Positions 10,901 through 25,979 are shown, counted from the first letter of the stretch. The stretch is 64,000 bases of DNA from Geosiphon pyriformis uo1 (GCA_016748015.1 JAAOMT010000664.1:628715-692714); one strand, 5' to 3'. Numbers and translations: made by a program. The notes: generated by a model from the sequence alone, not told the origin.

Positions 10901-13215
10901 ATCTGTAATCAAATCTGTTAATATGTACTTTTAATTGCAAAAAAAGTAAAAAGAAAAATCTCTTTTAATGTAATATATAATAGTATTTTTAATAAACTTT
11001 ACTATTATCTACACAATATTAAAATAATCTATAAACTAGTCATAGTTTTAATTAATAGAAGAACCCAAAAAAATATATGTCAGATAAAAAAAATAAGTAT
11101 ATTGAATATACAATAAAATTAGCTAGATTTGATTATGAAGATAAAATAAAAACATACTATTAGATTACAAGTTATGCTTACTTGACTAAAAAAGCTCAAA
11201 TTCAATAATTAGAGTAAATAAACATTCAGCTATATAAAGAATGTACTATGTTTTGTAATAACAAATGGCATTTAAAATGTTATGCAATTAGTATTTTTTT
11301 GTTCAACAAAAATAATAAATATGAAATTGAATTTGGAAAACCTAAATCAAAAGAAAAAATTGCAACAACTTTGATTTATCTTACTGAAAATCAGCTTGCC
11401 ATACAACTTTAATACTTTAACAACAATAGACAAGGAATAAAATCTAAAAAAGTCTATAAAATAGACGTTGAATATGATTTACAATACTTAAGAAAAGACA
11501 CAACCAAAAATTCTAACAAAGATTAACTTAAAAATTGCTTTTAAAATTTCATTAGAAGCAATAATTCAAATTGTTTTCTGATTATTATTGGCAAGCAAAA
11601 AATCAATGTTAAAGAAGAAATTATAGATACAGAATACACTAAAAACATTATAATTCTGTTATAAAATGAAACTGACAAACCATTCAAAATTGAACATGCT
11701 GAAAAAATTGTTTAAGCAATCTATCTACTCTTAATTAACATTTCGAGTTTACAATTAGTTAACAACAGAGAACAATTAAGAAAAAGTGAAAGAAGAATCC
11801 AAAATTTTGGTTCAACTAAATAATTCACAGTTCCAATAAATATAGCTTTTAATGCACAGAATAAATCTTATCAGATTCTTTGATTTTTTTAATCATTACT
11901 ATTTCATCTTTTGGAGAACATCATAAAATTTACACTTGTCTAAAATTAACATTTACTTAACAAATCTTCAAATCAAATGAACAAATCTGTTTAAAACATG
12001 AAATTTCAATCCCAAATGTTTATATTCTAAAAGAAATAAAGAAATTCCAAGTTATATTTTATAACTTCAACGATTATTCCATTATTTTATTAAATAAAAT
12101 AGAAATTAGAATTATATATAACAATATCTTTCAAGATAAAACCTCTCAAATTGTTTGTAATTTCATCGAAATTGTAAGACATATCCTATTTTCAAATCCA
12201 AACATCATTCTTATTACTAAAAACTATCATATTTTAGAAGAAAAACTCTTTTAAATCAACATGAGTTTTTTGAAACTCCAACAACAAAGACAATTAAAAC
12301 AGTTAATTGCTAAATATGCTGATATATTTGCCAAAAACAATAATAATTTGAGAAAAACTAATATTGTGTAACACTAGATCCATACAAAAGATATCTTATT
12401 GAAATATTAATAGATTTACTAAGTTCTACTAGCTAGTTACCAATTTATTAAGAAAAAAGTTTAATAAATACTTAATAATAGTTTTATTTAATCATCAAAA
12501 AGCCCTAAGGTCTCATCTGTAATCCTTGTGAAAAAAAAAATAGCAAAATCAGATTTTGTGTAAACTATTAACAACTGAATAGTATCACAATTAGAGATGT
12601 CTATTTACTATTGAAAATTGACAACATGCTAGATATTCTGAAAAAAGCCAAATTTTTTTCAATTTTAAACTTAAAAAGCAGGTACTGGCAAGTTAAAATG
12701 AATTCCAAAAACTGTCCCAAAACAGCATTTACTATTTAAGAAAAAATTACAAGTTTAATGTAATGCCTTTTGGATTTTATAATATACCAGCAACATTTCA
12801 AAGACTTATAAATATTGTTGATGAAGGGCTTTTATGGCAATTAATAATTGTTTACTTAAATAACACTAATGTATACTCTTCAAGTTTTAAAGCTTATTTA
12901 ATCTACTTGTAAAAAGTTTTTCAATAATTATAAAAAGCAGAATTAAAATTGAACATCAAAAAGTATTACTTTAAAAAAACAAATTTGATCTTCCTTGAAC
13001 ACATTGTTAACAAAAATAGAGTTCAATCCAATTCAGAAACAATTAGTGCTGTTAAGAATTTTAAAGTTCTTTAAAATACTATAAAACTAAGAAGATTTAT
13101 AAAATTAGCTTTTTATTACCAAAAATTCATTAAAAAATTTTTTGAAATTGCTAAACTACTTAATTATCTAACTAATAAGAACATAAAATACCAATAAATA
13201 CAAGTTCAACAACAA

Positions 13216-14594
13216 TATTACTAGTGGTTTTTGTCAATATTTGAAAATATTTCTTAGTTCAACTGGTAATACATATTACCATAATTATATTATTAACTAT
13301 AGTATATTATAAGTGTATAGACTATTTCAGTAGGTAGAAGAATGAAAGAGAATATATGATAAAGTCATTAAAAGTAAAAAAAAGTATTGTTATTATTATT
13401 TGTTTTTGGACAAAAACCAGTTTTAGGTATTTTAAAGAAAAAAAAAAGTCATATCTCTTTATATATATTAGAAATACAACCAACAACATAAGTAAAACCA
13501 ACTATTCTAAGAAATACATAATCAGAATTCTTTTAATTAGTTATTAAAAGAGTGTAATGTTCAAATGCTCAGCTTTGAAAGTAAAGTTAAAGAAATTATA
13601 AAAGAGTCATAAAAGTAAAAACATGACTGAAATAAATTTTGATTAAACTTTTTATTGTTGAAATCACTTTCTAACAATATGATATTTTATTACTTATTTT
13701 AATATTTTAACAACTTGTTTAGTAAAACAAGACTTAATAGTAATAACACATAATTTAAAAGATTAAAAGTAATAAAAAAACTTGAAATAGTAATAACAAG
13801 TAGATAAGAAGTTATAATAATGTAATTTCAAATAGTAATAAGAAATATGTAAAAAGCATACTTGAAATTGTAATAACAAGTATTTAGAGCATAAGAAAAA
13901 AAAAAAGAATAAAGTATAAAGAAAAGAACTAATTGCTTACTATAAAACTATAGCAAAAAGTTGGCTCAGTATTTAACTGATACTTTTTTGAGCTGACAAA
14001 AAAGCTATATATATAGCTAAATTATATCAGATCTACATACTATATTAAGACTATTTAAAATACATCAATTATTTATATACATTAAATTAATTAATTTGTG
14101 ATAAGCTTACTCGATTTGTTATTTATCTAAAAGCTAGTAATTTAGATGATTAGATTTAGATGGCTGGATCTAAAACATTAATCATAAATCAATAATACTA
14201 ATTGTGATTATAATCAATTAATTACATTTTTTGGTAATCACTTTTAACTATTAATCACAGATTTGAAATGTTAGATTGTTTTAATAAGAGCATATAAAAA
14301 TCTTGGAGCATAATAAAGCCTGTTGTTATTAAATTACATATGTCAATCATTTATTTTCATTGGTGTTTCTTAGTTTGTCAAGGTTTTTTTGTATCCAATT
14401 TAGTTAAACTGTTGAATTGTGTCATATTTTTTTGTTATAATTAAACTGATTGCTGATTATTTATTTTCAAATTGCCAGCTGATTTTGTTAATTAAGTGTA
14501 ATAATATAGGTCTTTTTCACATGGTTTTGATATTAATTTTTATTGTATCTATTGTAATTTTTGTATTAAAAAGTGTAAAATTTTTTTGGTAACA
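13216..14594. mobile_element. Solo LTR (unrelated family C, 1379 bp) in the A2 RT/RNase H connection
   Basis: T(G>A)TTACT...GGTAACA termini and 4-bp TSD ACAA. Removal restores QVQQQAFDTLKEK. Confidence 0.8.
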
Positions 14595-17355
14595 ACAAGC
14601 ATTTGATACTCTTAAAGAAAAATTTACCACAGCCTCAATTCTTACATATTTAGATTTTAGTAAAAGATTTTAGTTGGCCATTAATGTTTTATACATAGCT
14701 TTTGATATCATTCTATTATAATTAAATAACAATAACAATAAATGAATAATTTTTTATGTTAGTAGAACTTTCAAACCAATTGAACTTAAATATAGATCTA
14801 CCAAATTAGAAACAACAGTTATTATTTGGGTTTTAAAACACTTTTAACAATATCTTTAAAATAAATCTCAATTTAATATAATTACAGATAACATTAGTCT
14901 TAAATAGCTCAACAAAAAAAACTTTGAACTTAGTACTAAACAATTCTAATGGTCTAATTTTTTAACAAACTACAAATACATTATTTATTACAAACCAAAT
15001 AAATTATATACAAATGTAGATAGTCTTTTTAGAATGAGACAAGATTAGAATTAACACCAATAACCTACCAACTTAACAATAATCAACAAATAAAACAATA
15101 GATACCAAAAACTACAACAATATTAAAAACTATCTGAAAACTCTCACCATATCAGAAAATTGGGTTTTAACTAAAAAACACTGATTACAACACCAATTCA
15201 AACAATATTTCTTGTATTACAACAAAATCTATTATTAAAACTGCCAAAATCTAACAAATTTACTTAGATTAGTCCAACAAAATAAAAAAAAACAATCTTA
15301 TACAACATGTATACAAACTCTTTATCAAAACATCTAAGAAAAAACAACACAATACAAAAAACATTAGAACATTATTTTTGGTCTTACATGTATCAAGACA
15401 TTTAATAGTATATAGAGTTATGTAATAGTTGTCAAAGAAAAGAAGGAACTTACCTTACTAAACCTTTAAATCCAATCAAAGTTGAACAATTTTTTGACAA
15501 AGTAGAAATTAATTTGGTCAAATTATTATCTATTACCACTTAAAAAAACTGTTATATTGCAATTGTAGTAGATTATCTCACCAAATGGCCCAAAACCAGA
15601 GTCATTCAATAAGCAAATGTAAAATCAGTAACAAATTTCATTTATGAATACATTATTTGTAGACACAGATGTTCAATTAAACTTTTATTTGATTAAGAAA
15701 CACATTTTGTAAACAACATAATACAAGAAATTTGTGAACAATTTAACATTAAAAAATCTTTATTATCACTCTACCACCCACAAACAAATGAACTGATAGA
15801 ACAATTTAACCAAATATTATGTAAATTATTAGCCAAAGTCTTAATTAATTTTAAGCAAAAATAGAATATCTTTATTTTATTAGTGTTATTAACATATAAA
15901 ACACTAAAACAAGATATTATAAAACACATATTTTTTGATTTAACTTATAAAATAACAGCAATATTATCAATTAATTTCACTATATAAACATATTCTGTAC
16001 AATTAATCAATGAAAAAAACTTTTAAGAAACACTTCAATAAAAAACTTATACTTTTTTTAATAATTTAAAAAAAAAATAACAAATAACAGTTATTTATAT
16101 TAAATATTCTCAAGCTTAACAAAAAAAATGACATGACAACAAATTTCTATTAGTCACCAACAAATTTAAAGTTGGAAACAAAGTTTTTTTATACAGAACT
16201 AAGACTAAAAAACAATAGAATAGAAAATTTGAACATAAATAGAACAGACCATTTTATATTTATAAAATTCTAGACAATAAATCATATAAATTAAGACTTG
16301 ATAACAAAGTCTTAGCAAAAATTGCACATGAAAATTAATTGAAATATTATTATTTTTTAAATCATTAATTTTACAAATTAGTATATATTTCTTTTTAATT
16401 AATCTTAAAGATATTCTCCAAAACTTAGAACCAATAGTTATAATAAAACAACAACCAAAATTAAACATTTAATCTAATATTAACATAATGTTCATTTAAA
16501 ATAAATAATATAAAACAAAAATAGTAAATAATCACCAAAAAAATCCAAAAACCAAAAATATATAAAAATCCAATACCAAAAATATTTTCATATTTTTTTT
16601 CAAATTTTTTTTTCAAATTTTTTTTTTTTTCAAATCTTTTAAATTTTATTTGCAATTATACTAATTTTATCATAATTATTCCATAAAATATTCAAAAAAT
16701 ATTTCAGAAATTAATATTAACTTTGAAAACATTTCTCGACTTATCTATAACAATTAATAAAAGTCAAATTAATTACACCCAAAAAAAAACTACAATACCA
16801 ATAGTAAATAATTTGCAGAATTATTATTTTTATAGAAAAAACACAAGAAATTATTTTGAAAGTCAATTATCAAAACTTTTGAAGCAAGCTTTAAAAGAAA
16901 AATTTTTATTCACTTTTATTAACATTTTACCAAATGCCATAACTTAAAAAAAATCTCTGCAGTATCTTAATGAACAAAATAATGAATATACTCTTATATA
17001 TAAATATTTTTATATTAGAAAAACATTTTATGAACAAACTAGAACTTGCAGCAACAAATCTCACTTTTAAAACTATACAAAAACAAATTCACAATAAATT
17101 TAAAACAGCAGCTAGACCAACAAACACTTGTTATAAATTCAGAACAGCACTTAGACTCTATGATTTTTTTAATACTTGCAAAAATATTTTACAAAATCCA
17201 ATACTCTAACCAATGAAGATTCAATACATTGGTAAACTCACAAAACTAAAATTTTAACAATTTTCAGACCAAATTACCAAGATTATTTTAAACTATTATC
17301 TTAATATTACAATAATGCTTGGACTTTGACAGAGTTCAGTTTTAAAAAAAAATTA

Positions 17356-18299
17356 TGTTACCAGTAAAATTTAGCTATTAATTAACATAAAATTATTTTT
17401 ATAATTTTTATTATTAATTAGCATATATTAATATTAAATTATTACTTATTATTTAATCAAATTATTAAATATTACTATTTAATAATAACTTGATTTATAT
17501 AATAGAAATTAGAATAATCAAACTACCCAATACCCCAAACTATGTAACATTTAAGAATTTGCCAAAATTTGTAAAAATTTGCTAAAATAATGAATAATTT
17601 ACCAAAATAATGAATAGTTTATTGAAATAACTTGTAATTCATTAAAATTACAGCAAAGAAAAAAGTTTAAGTTCTTAGACTAGTATTACAACAAATTATA
17701 TAAAAAAAGAGCTTCTTTCTTCAAAGAAATATATTTTATCTTACTCAAAATCATCTTAATTTGAATTAATTGGCTTTACAAAAAAGTAATAAAAACACCA
17801 AATACTTAAAAACCAAATTTCTTAACTATTTATGAAATTTTCCTGAAATTCAACTAATATTTTGAAATTAATTAACTACCAATTTCAGTAATCTGTTAGT
17901 AATTTCAGGTCTGAATAAAAAACAATTTCTTTAACAAAATTCTATTTTTTTTATATTTTTTATATTTTTTTATATTTTTCTTATTATAATCATTAGAGTA
18001 GCCTACAGATGAGATTCCTGTAGAAAAGTTAACTTTTATAGCAAAGTAATTACATATTTTTACTAAGCTTTCAAATAAACAATTTCTGAAAAAAAATTGA
18101 CTTTTACTATAAAGTAACTATATACAATAATTGGTATGGAATTGGCTATTCTACTTATAAATTCAACAGTTTAAATTATAAGAAATAATTTAAAAATAAA
18201 TTCAGTTATCAGAGATTCAATAACTTTTAATAAATATGAATTCATAACAAACAAGTATTAACAACATTCTAAAAAAAAAACCAAAAATTTTTGGTAACA
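17356..18299 (+). repeat. A2 3' LTR
   Basis: TGTTACC...GGTAACA, preceded by a PPT eroded to an A-run. Confidence 0.9.
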
Positions 18300-21200
18300 A
18301 TGATTATAACATGAATAAATTAGCCATTAACTTCTTTAAATTCACAAAAAAAAAGAAAAAAACCAAGAGTAATTTCATTATAGAATCCAATAAAGTTTCT
18401 ACATTAATTTTTAATAACAATAAGCCACTAAAGACTAAAGTTTTTAAGAATTCTCTAAAGTTAGAATCTTTAGAAATTGTACAAAAATCTGAACCCTATT
18501 TTGTTGTCAAAAATCTTATGAAAACTCTAGTTCACATTACTTTTGGCCAGTTAATAACTTATTTAAAAAAATTTTTACAAATTATTAATCTCAAAAAAAA
18601 AACACCAAAAACTAATAAGTACTTTTATCAAGCTGAATTCACTAATAATAGTAATGTCACTCCTCTAATTTGCAAAGTTCAAGTAATTGATTATTTTATT
18701 GATTTGATCTTAAACAGTAAATTATTTATTAGTGTCATTGTTAAACACTTTTTTGAAGTTATTAGCAAAAAAATTGATAAACTTTTGACTCAGTCTATAA
18801 CCAATATATATAATAACAAAAAGAAAAGTCTTGATATAACCAAAGCTGTTTTTGTCTACATTAATAACATTAGCATTGAAACTGACATGAAAGTTTTAAA
18901 AGCAAAAAAATATACTATTATTGTTGGTAATAAATAATTTAAGAAAACCAAAGTCTTATTTGACTATGAACTATATAAATTAATTATTAGATATAGTAAG
19001 AAGCTTATTGTAGTTAAATATTATTATTGAACAACACTTCTAATACTCAAGCAGAACCAAGAAGAAGAACAATTAAATAAATCAGATAATAAAAAAAACA
19101 ATGAAGAAAAAAAACAAAAAAAAACTGCTGAATTTGCCTATACTATCTTTACTAGTAATAACAAATCACTAAATAATATTAAAACTGATAAAAAAAGAAT
19201 TATTGTAAATAGCAAATTAATCTGTTAGCTTTACTATGATATCTTTAAAAAAATTTTTAATAGAAAACCTGGCAAAAAAACCAAATACAATTATTAATAG
19301 CATAGTTTTTATGCCTAGTACTAGTGCAATAAATCTTTGTATTTTCTTAGTAATGAATACAAATTTTGTCTAATCTATTACAAAGATTGAGAACCCATTA
19401 GTTTAATATTCAGAGAAAAAATAAAAGAAGTATAAAAGTTTTTTAAGAATAAATTACCTAAAATTTAATCACTAATTATAAAACAAAAAAAATCTTTTTC
19501 AAAAAAAAAAAAATAAACCAAATAAAAAACCTTGAATTTATACAAGAAACCAAGAGCAAATAGGTTTTTTAATTGTAGTAATATCTAAAAAAATAGAACT
19601 CTATGCTTTTATGTTAACTATTACTAATTAAATACTATTACTGAAAAAGATATATATCTACTTTCTAAAATTGATACAATATTAAACCAATTCAATAGTG
19701 CTGCTTTTTTTTCAACTAATGATTTAACTGTTGGATTTTAACAAGTAAAAATAAATCCAAAAAAACTGCTTTTATTACCAAGTATAGCACTTATAAATTT
19801 ACTATTATGCTTTTTGGTCTTATTAATGCTTTTCTTACTTTTCAATATCTAATAGACAAAGTATTTGAATCAGTAAAAAATAACTTTGTTTTAATTTATT
19901 TGAACAACATAATAATATATTCAAAAATCTAAAATAAATACTTTAAATATTTACAAAAAGTTTTTGATCTTCTTAAAAATACTGGTCTTAAAATCAATTC
20001 AATCAAATTTTTTTGAACAACAATTTACTCAGTTTTTTGGTTATTTTATTATAAAAGATGGAATTTTTTTTAATCCAATCAAAGTCAAAAAAATTTAAAA
20101 TATTAAACAATCAATAAACATTCATAAACTATGCTCTTTTCTTGGTTTGGTATTTTATTATCAAAAGTTTGTTAAAGATTTCTCCAAAATTGCCTTTCTT
20201 TTTAATTAGCTATTTAAAAAAACTGGTAATTATTACTGGAATACACATCAGCAAAAAATCTTTGAAACTCTGAAAAAAAACTAGTTACTAAACCAATTTT
20301 TATGCAATTTAATCTGAACCAATTTTTTATTTTTTACACTAATACATCTGGTTTTAGACTTAGTATTGTTTTCTTTCAAAAAAATAAAGATAACAAAAAA
20401 CATATTATAGCTTATACCAGTTAATTACTTTTTTTAGCAGAGCAAAACTACTTAATTACTAAACAAAAATAACTGACAATAGTATAGATTACTAGTTATT
20501 GGAATAAATATTTTTTTGGTATCAAATTCTTAATAGTAACAAATCATTAAGCTTTGATTTGGCTATATAAAAAAAAGAACCTGGAACACAAAAAAATAAC
20601 TTACTAGATACTCCATTTGAATGAATTTAACTATAATATACAATATTGTAAAAAAGCTCATTATCAAAATATTAATGCTTTTTTTAGACTTATTATTCAG
20701 TAATAGTACAATTTTTCTAAATCAAATCAATCTAATTATTAATAAATCTTTCTTAAAAAAAATATAATAATAGACTTAAACAACTACTTTGTTTTAATGA
20801 AATTTTTAAATAAAGAACAATACCTATTAGACTATACTCAACAGCAAAAAAAACATTTACAAAAACAATCAAGTTTTTATTTAATTTACCAGAACTAATT
20901 ATACAAAAAAAATAAAAAAAATTCTGACTGTTCTTAAAGAGTTATTAAATTTAAAAAAAAATTGTGATCTATAATATGCATACTAATTTATTAGTTAAAC
21001 ACTTTAGAAAAACTAAAACAATTCAAAAAATTTTCACTCATTATTATTGGTCTATCTTAAGAAAAAACATTGTTAAATATATTAAAATCTGTAATATCTG
21101 TTAAAAAAAACTCCCCCCCCCCCAATTGTAAAGAAGACATTCATCCAATTTTTGTTGATTAACTATTTAACAAAATTGGTATAGATGTTGTTAGATTTTT

Positions 21201-22042
21201 AACCATAATTTTTAATAACAATAGATATATTATTACAGTTATTAACTATCTTATAAAGTAGATAGAAACAAAAGTTATTTTAAATTAAACAGCAGTCTCT
21301 ATTATCAACTTTATTTATAAAAATATTATTTGTTACTATAGCTGCACCAAAAAACTTTTATTTGATAAAAAAAAACGTTTTTTAATATACTGATTAAAAA
21401 ACTTTGTAAAAAAATATGAATACATCATAAATTTTCTTCTTTTTATTACTTTTAAATAAATAACTTAATAAAACATTTCAATAGAACTCTATGTGAAACT
21501 TTAGCCAAAACTAGTAAAAAACAAACTTATGAGACAAAATACTGTCTTTAGCTTTGTTTACTTATAGAACTGTAAATTATAATATAACAAGTTATGAATT
21601 CTTTTATCTGTTTTATAAATAAATGGCAATACTACTAATAAAAATTAATATTAAAACAATACTCTTTAAAAAAATTACTATAGAAAATTATAAAGACATT
21701 TTGCAAAAAAATTTGGTACTATTTTTGATTCATTGACAAAAACACAAATAATTGTTTTTAAAAAAATAAAGCAGTTTTAAGAAAAGTTTAAAAAAAAAAA
21801 CTTATAAAATACTTTCTTTAAGTATTGGTAATTTAGATTTAGAATACCACTTAAACAGAGACAATGTTTATGATAATAAATTTTTTAGTCAATAGAAAGA
21901 ATCCTTTATAATCAACAAAGTTTTAAATAATAATTTTTATATCTTACAAGATTAATATAAAACAATCTTTAATAATTATTCTATTTATAGCACATAACTA
22001 AAGAAATATTACAAATAATTTAATTGGTTATTTGTTATAATA

Positions 22043-24466
22043 TAATAATAAAAAAACTCTTTCTCTCCTAATTTATATGATTATAACTAGAGCTAAGAAT
22101 AAAAAAGCTGCAAATATTACTTTTTCTATAGTAACTAATAAAGTTTTAACATGAAAGAGTCTCTCTGTTATTGAAGCAGCTAAACAAAACATTTCTTTTA
22201 AAAAATATTAGTGAAAAGCTGCCTTTAGCAGCTTCTGATTTAGTTTTTTTACATTTGGTTAGTAGTTCTTTTCCAGTCAAAGTTCTTTTCAAAAAACACA
22301 TACAGATTAGTTTTAGTGTTGTCTCTACTACTTTTAAAAGCCCAAAAATTTTTAATAACAAACCAGTCAACAAGTTGGTCTTTTTCACTCTTATTATTCC
22401 CATTACTATTACTATTACTGCTGCTTTACAAATGAGTATAAAAGCCAAAAATTCCAAAAAACAGCAGCTGGTACTCACAACTGCTTTGGTGACACCAAAC
22501 TCCTTTGTAGTTCTAAATAAGATCTTGGATAAAATCTCTACAATAGCAGCCAGTCTTCTTTCTAATATAAATAACAACAGCAGTAGTACATTTCTTAAAA
22601 TGAGCCAAAATCAACTACTGGCTGTATTGCTTGATGTGGTACTCTTTAGCAGATCATTGCCAATATTAGAAACAAAACAGTCCATCATTTTAGATGATCT
22701 TAAAAATTGGATTAATCAAATGGAAATAAAATCAACTGCTTCTTTCCCAGTTTTTGGTGCTGTTAATAGTAATGCTTAGGAAAATGTAAATAGTCATTAA
22801 AAGTTCTCTGATTGGATGGCCTCTAATCTAATACCTAATATTATATTTAAGATTAAAATGACTTTGCTTGTTTTTTTGTTTCAGTTGCTGCCTAGTTGTA
22901 TTGGACTTAAATCTGTTTTATAAGATGTTATTAAGTTGTTCTGTGTGGAATTTGTATCTCAGAAGAGTCTAAACAGTGCCACCAAAGTGGCCATTAATAA
23001 TGAAATTTTTCTGACCACTTTTAAGATTGAATGGTCTTCTGGTATGGCCTCTGTTTTTTCTTTTTTTTTGTTAGTTACATTTTATAATGTACTTTTAGAT
23101 ACTTTTTCTAATAACATCAAATTCTCTCTAGATGTTTTTAATGTTATTACTTCAATCAAGTTAAAGTTTGCTGGCTTATGGCAATATGCTGTGGTTCAAT
23201 TTTAAGACTCTTTTTCTGCTGCTGCTGCTCTTACTTATTGGTTGGTACTAGTAAAAAAGAACAGTATTAGAATTCTGTCTTTAGTTAACCAAAAGGAGAT
23301 TATTACTTTAAAAGATGCTTTCAAAGCCAAGTTGGTTAATCTTTCTTTTGGCTGTACTGCCTTTGAGATTAGTGATTTGGTCTCTCAAGTTGGTAGCTGT
23401 ACTTGTTTCATTCTCTGCTCCTTTAAGTCATACCAACATCAACATTTTGCTGTGGTTATTTTTGATTCCTTGGAATCTTTGAACACTGCTGTTTCAAAAA
23501 CTAGTACTTTATGTGACTGCTGCATCTGGTAGAAAACTCTTGGATGTTGCTGCTGCTACAAATGTCAAGATTTAAATCATTTGACTGTGAACTACAAAGT
23601 GTTGTCATCTTTTTTTTTCAAATTTTCTTCCAATTCTGCTGGTGGTCCCAAAATTTTCAAGTCATCTTTTGTTGGAACTAAATCTTATGCCAAAGCTGTC
23701 ACCTCTGTGGTTTTTTCTGTTGCTGTTGTTGCTAATATAGATTTGGCTTTTGCTGTTCCTCCTAAAGATGTTATATTTCTGTTGTTTGTTGTTTTCTCTG
23801 GTTCAGATGTTGCTGTTAATATTAGGTTGGCTTTTCTGGAAACCTATTTTAATGAACTGTCTTTGTTAATAAAATTTATAGTTGAGCCTGTGAGTTCTCT
23901 GGTTGTGTTGATTACTAAATTACTGTTTACTCCACCTGTCATGGCAGAGGCATTAAAGAAAAGTATGATTAGAATGACAATCCAAATTAAAACTATAAGT
24001 ACTGTGGCTTCTTTGCTGCAAAAAAAATAGTGGACCTCAAAAAAAAAGTAAGAAAGTCTGTTTTATTGATGTATCTGAAGATAAAAACATGGGTGATAAT
24101 GATGTTAATAATGATGTTAAAAATTTCTCAGTTTATAATGACATATTTGATGCAATAATAAAATTATGAGAGAATCAATTTTTTAGTATCAAATCTAATT
24201 CTGATTAAACTGTTAAGTGAATGAATAGTTTTGTTAAGAGTTGTTATAAGCTTGTTTGCATTATAAGTAAGATGTATGAATTAGATACATTTAGTACATT
24301 AAGTAGCATAGATAGTATTAATATATAGTTAGGACTTTTTGCTTGTGGCTAGTTATATTTTGTAATATTGTATTATTGAGTAAGCTGGCTTTATAAAAGT
24401 GCCAACTATATTGTTAAACAAACTAATAAATGATCAGCATAATTACATGTTAACAAAAAAAAATTC
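22043..24466 (+). mobile_element. ORF1-only non-LTR element E1 (~2.4 kb): decayed ORF ~22077-24328 with RRM-like segments, CCHC knuckle and coiled coil; short 3' UTR and A tail
   Basis: CYKCQDLNHLTVN(Y), KSYAKA. A-run 24455-24463. Decayed ~12-bp TSD (22031-22042 vs 24467-24478) in the B0 integrase C-terminus. No EN or RT sequence seen. Confidence 0.78.
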
Positions 24467-24898
24467 TCTGTTGTGATAATACTGATCTAAATAATTAGCA
24501 AAACTCAAATATAAATAAATATACTATTTTTAAAACAGAAGTATCTTTAATCAACATAAACAATTATTTTCTGAATTAAAACATTCAAAACACTTTTTAT
24601 ATTTTTTATAAATATTGAATCAAAAATTATTTAAACACTACTTTGATCATTGAAAAACAAACTATTATAATTGACAACAGTAGAACACATACTGTTATTA
24701 AACTAAAGAAAACCACTACTAAAAAAAAATTGGTAACAAAATAGATAAATATCTGCTAGAAAGCATAATAGCAGCAATACTTATATCTTCTATTATAATT
24801 GAAAAAACAATTAAGAAAATCTTATCCATAGACAAAAACTTGTCATATAGAAAATAACTAAATCTTTATGATTATCTTTATAAAATTATAGAAGACAT

Positions 24899-25979
24899 TG
24901 TTATCCAAGTAGAAAAACCGATCTAAAGTTATGAAGAAATGTGACCAAAACATGACATAACACAGAATAGTGTACAATAATATTGAATAATGTGTTATAA
25001 CATAGGATAACATGTTATAACACAGGATAACACAAAATAGCATGCAATAACGTTGGATAAACACATTATAACATAGAATAATATGTTATAATGTAAGATA
25101 ACACATAATAACATATAATAATATCAAATAACATGTTATAACATAGGATAACTAGTGATAACATAGAAAAACAAAGCAATAACAGAAATAATAAAGCAAT
25201 AACTAGTGATAGTGAGACAATTGAAAGCAATTTTGTAAAACCAAAAGAATGTATAAAAGCAAGTAGTAGTAGAAGGTAGAAAAAAGAACAGATAGATACA
25301 AACCTCTAAACAAGAATCAAATTTCCTTATCTCTTTATTATTTATTATCTTCCCTATTTTATCTTCTAAAATAAACCAATTATTAAAAAAATCAGAATCA
25401 CAAATTCATGTTCTCGAACTTTGTGGAATTTATGTAAATTAACCTTTGTCTCGTACCTTTGTTCTAGGACAGATGCTCTTAACATAACCACCTTGAACAA
25501 TTAATGATTTGGACCAATCACTCTTGATCACATCAATTGACAATACTAATTTATCTTTCCTTTCTTTTTTTTTTCTTTTTTTTTCTTATTTTTTGTGGAG
25601 TAGCAACATAGTAAAATCAACTGTTTGGAAATAGACTTTGTGATAGCCTGGTAAAAGAGAGAAGCTCCCCCTAAGTTTTGGATATTAACATTATTTTGTT
25701 AGCTTACCAGAAAGGTGAAAAGACAATGCCAGACCTTAATGACTGTACTTGTTAGCTCAGAGAAGAAAACTCACATTTATGGAAAACATTGTAATCGATA
25801 AAAGACAAACTCTATGCCTTATAACCAAAGAACTCAATGGATAAAATCACATCCAAAAATAGATCTTCAGAAACTAATAATCAAGACTAAGCCAACAGAA
25901 TTATGCGAAAAATACATCATTAATAATTGAGAGCACTAAACATTACCATTTCCCATATCTACCAAGTTTACCTGTAACA
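24899..25979. mobile_element. Solo LTR (unrelated family F, 1081 bp) in B0 ORF3
   Basis: TGTTA...GTAACA termini and TSD ACAT. Removal restores IEDIKL. Confidence 0.85.
24950..25170. repeat. Tandem ~10/20-bp repeat (ATAACATAGG/ATAACATGTT) inside solo LTR F
   Basis: Directly visible periodic units. Confidence 0.8.

Larger units (their letters stand above)
7903..18299 (+). mobile_element. Gypsy family A copy A2, heavily decayed. 5' LTR remnant 7903-8056, gag-pol ~8059-15048, IN 15098-16472, ORF3 from 16672, 3' LTR 17356-18299. Inserted in B0.
   Basis: Reverse-complement homology to A1/A3 throughout. Right flank ATGATTATAACATGAAT resumes family-B pol sequence. Confidence 0.92.
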
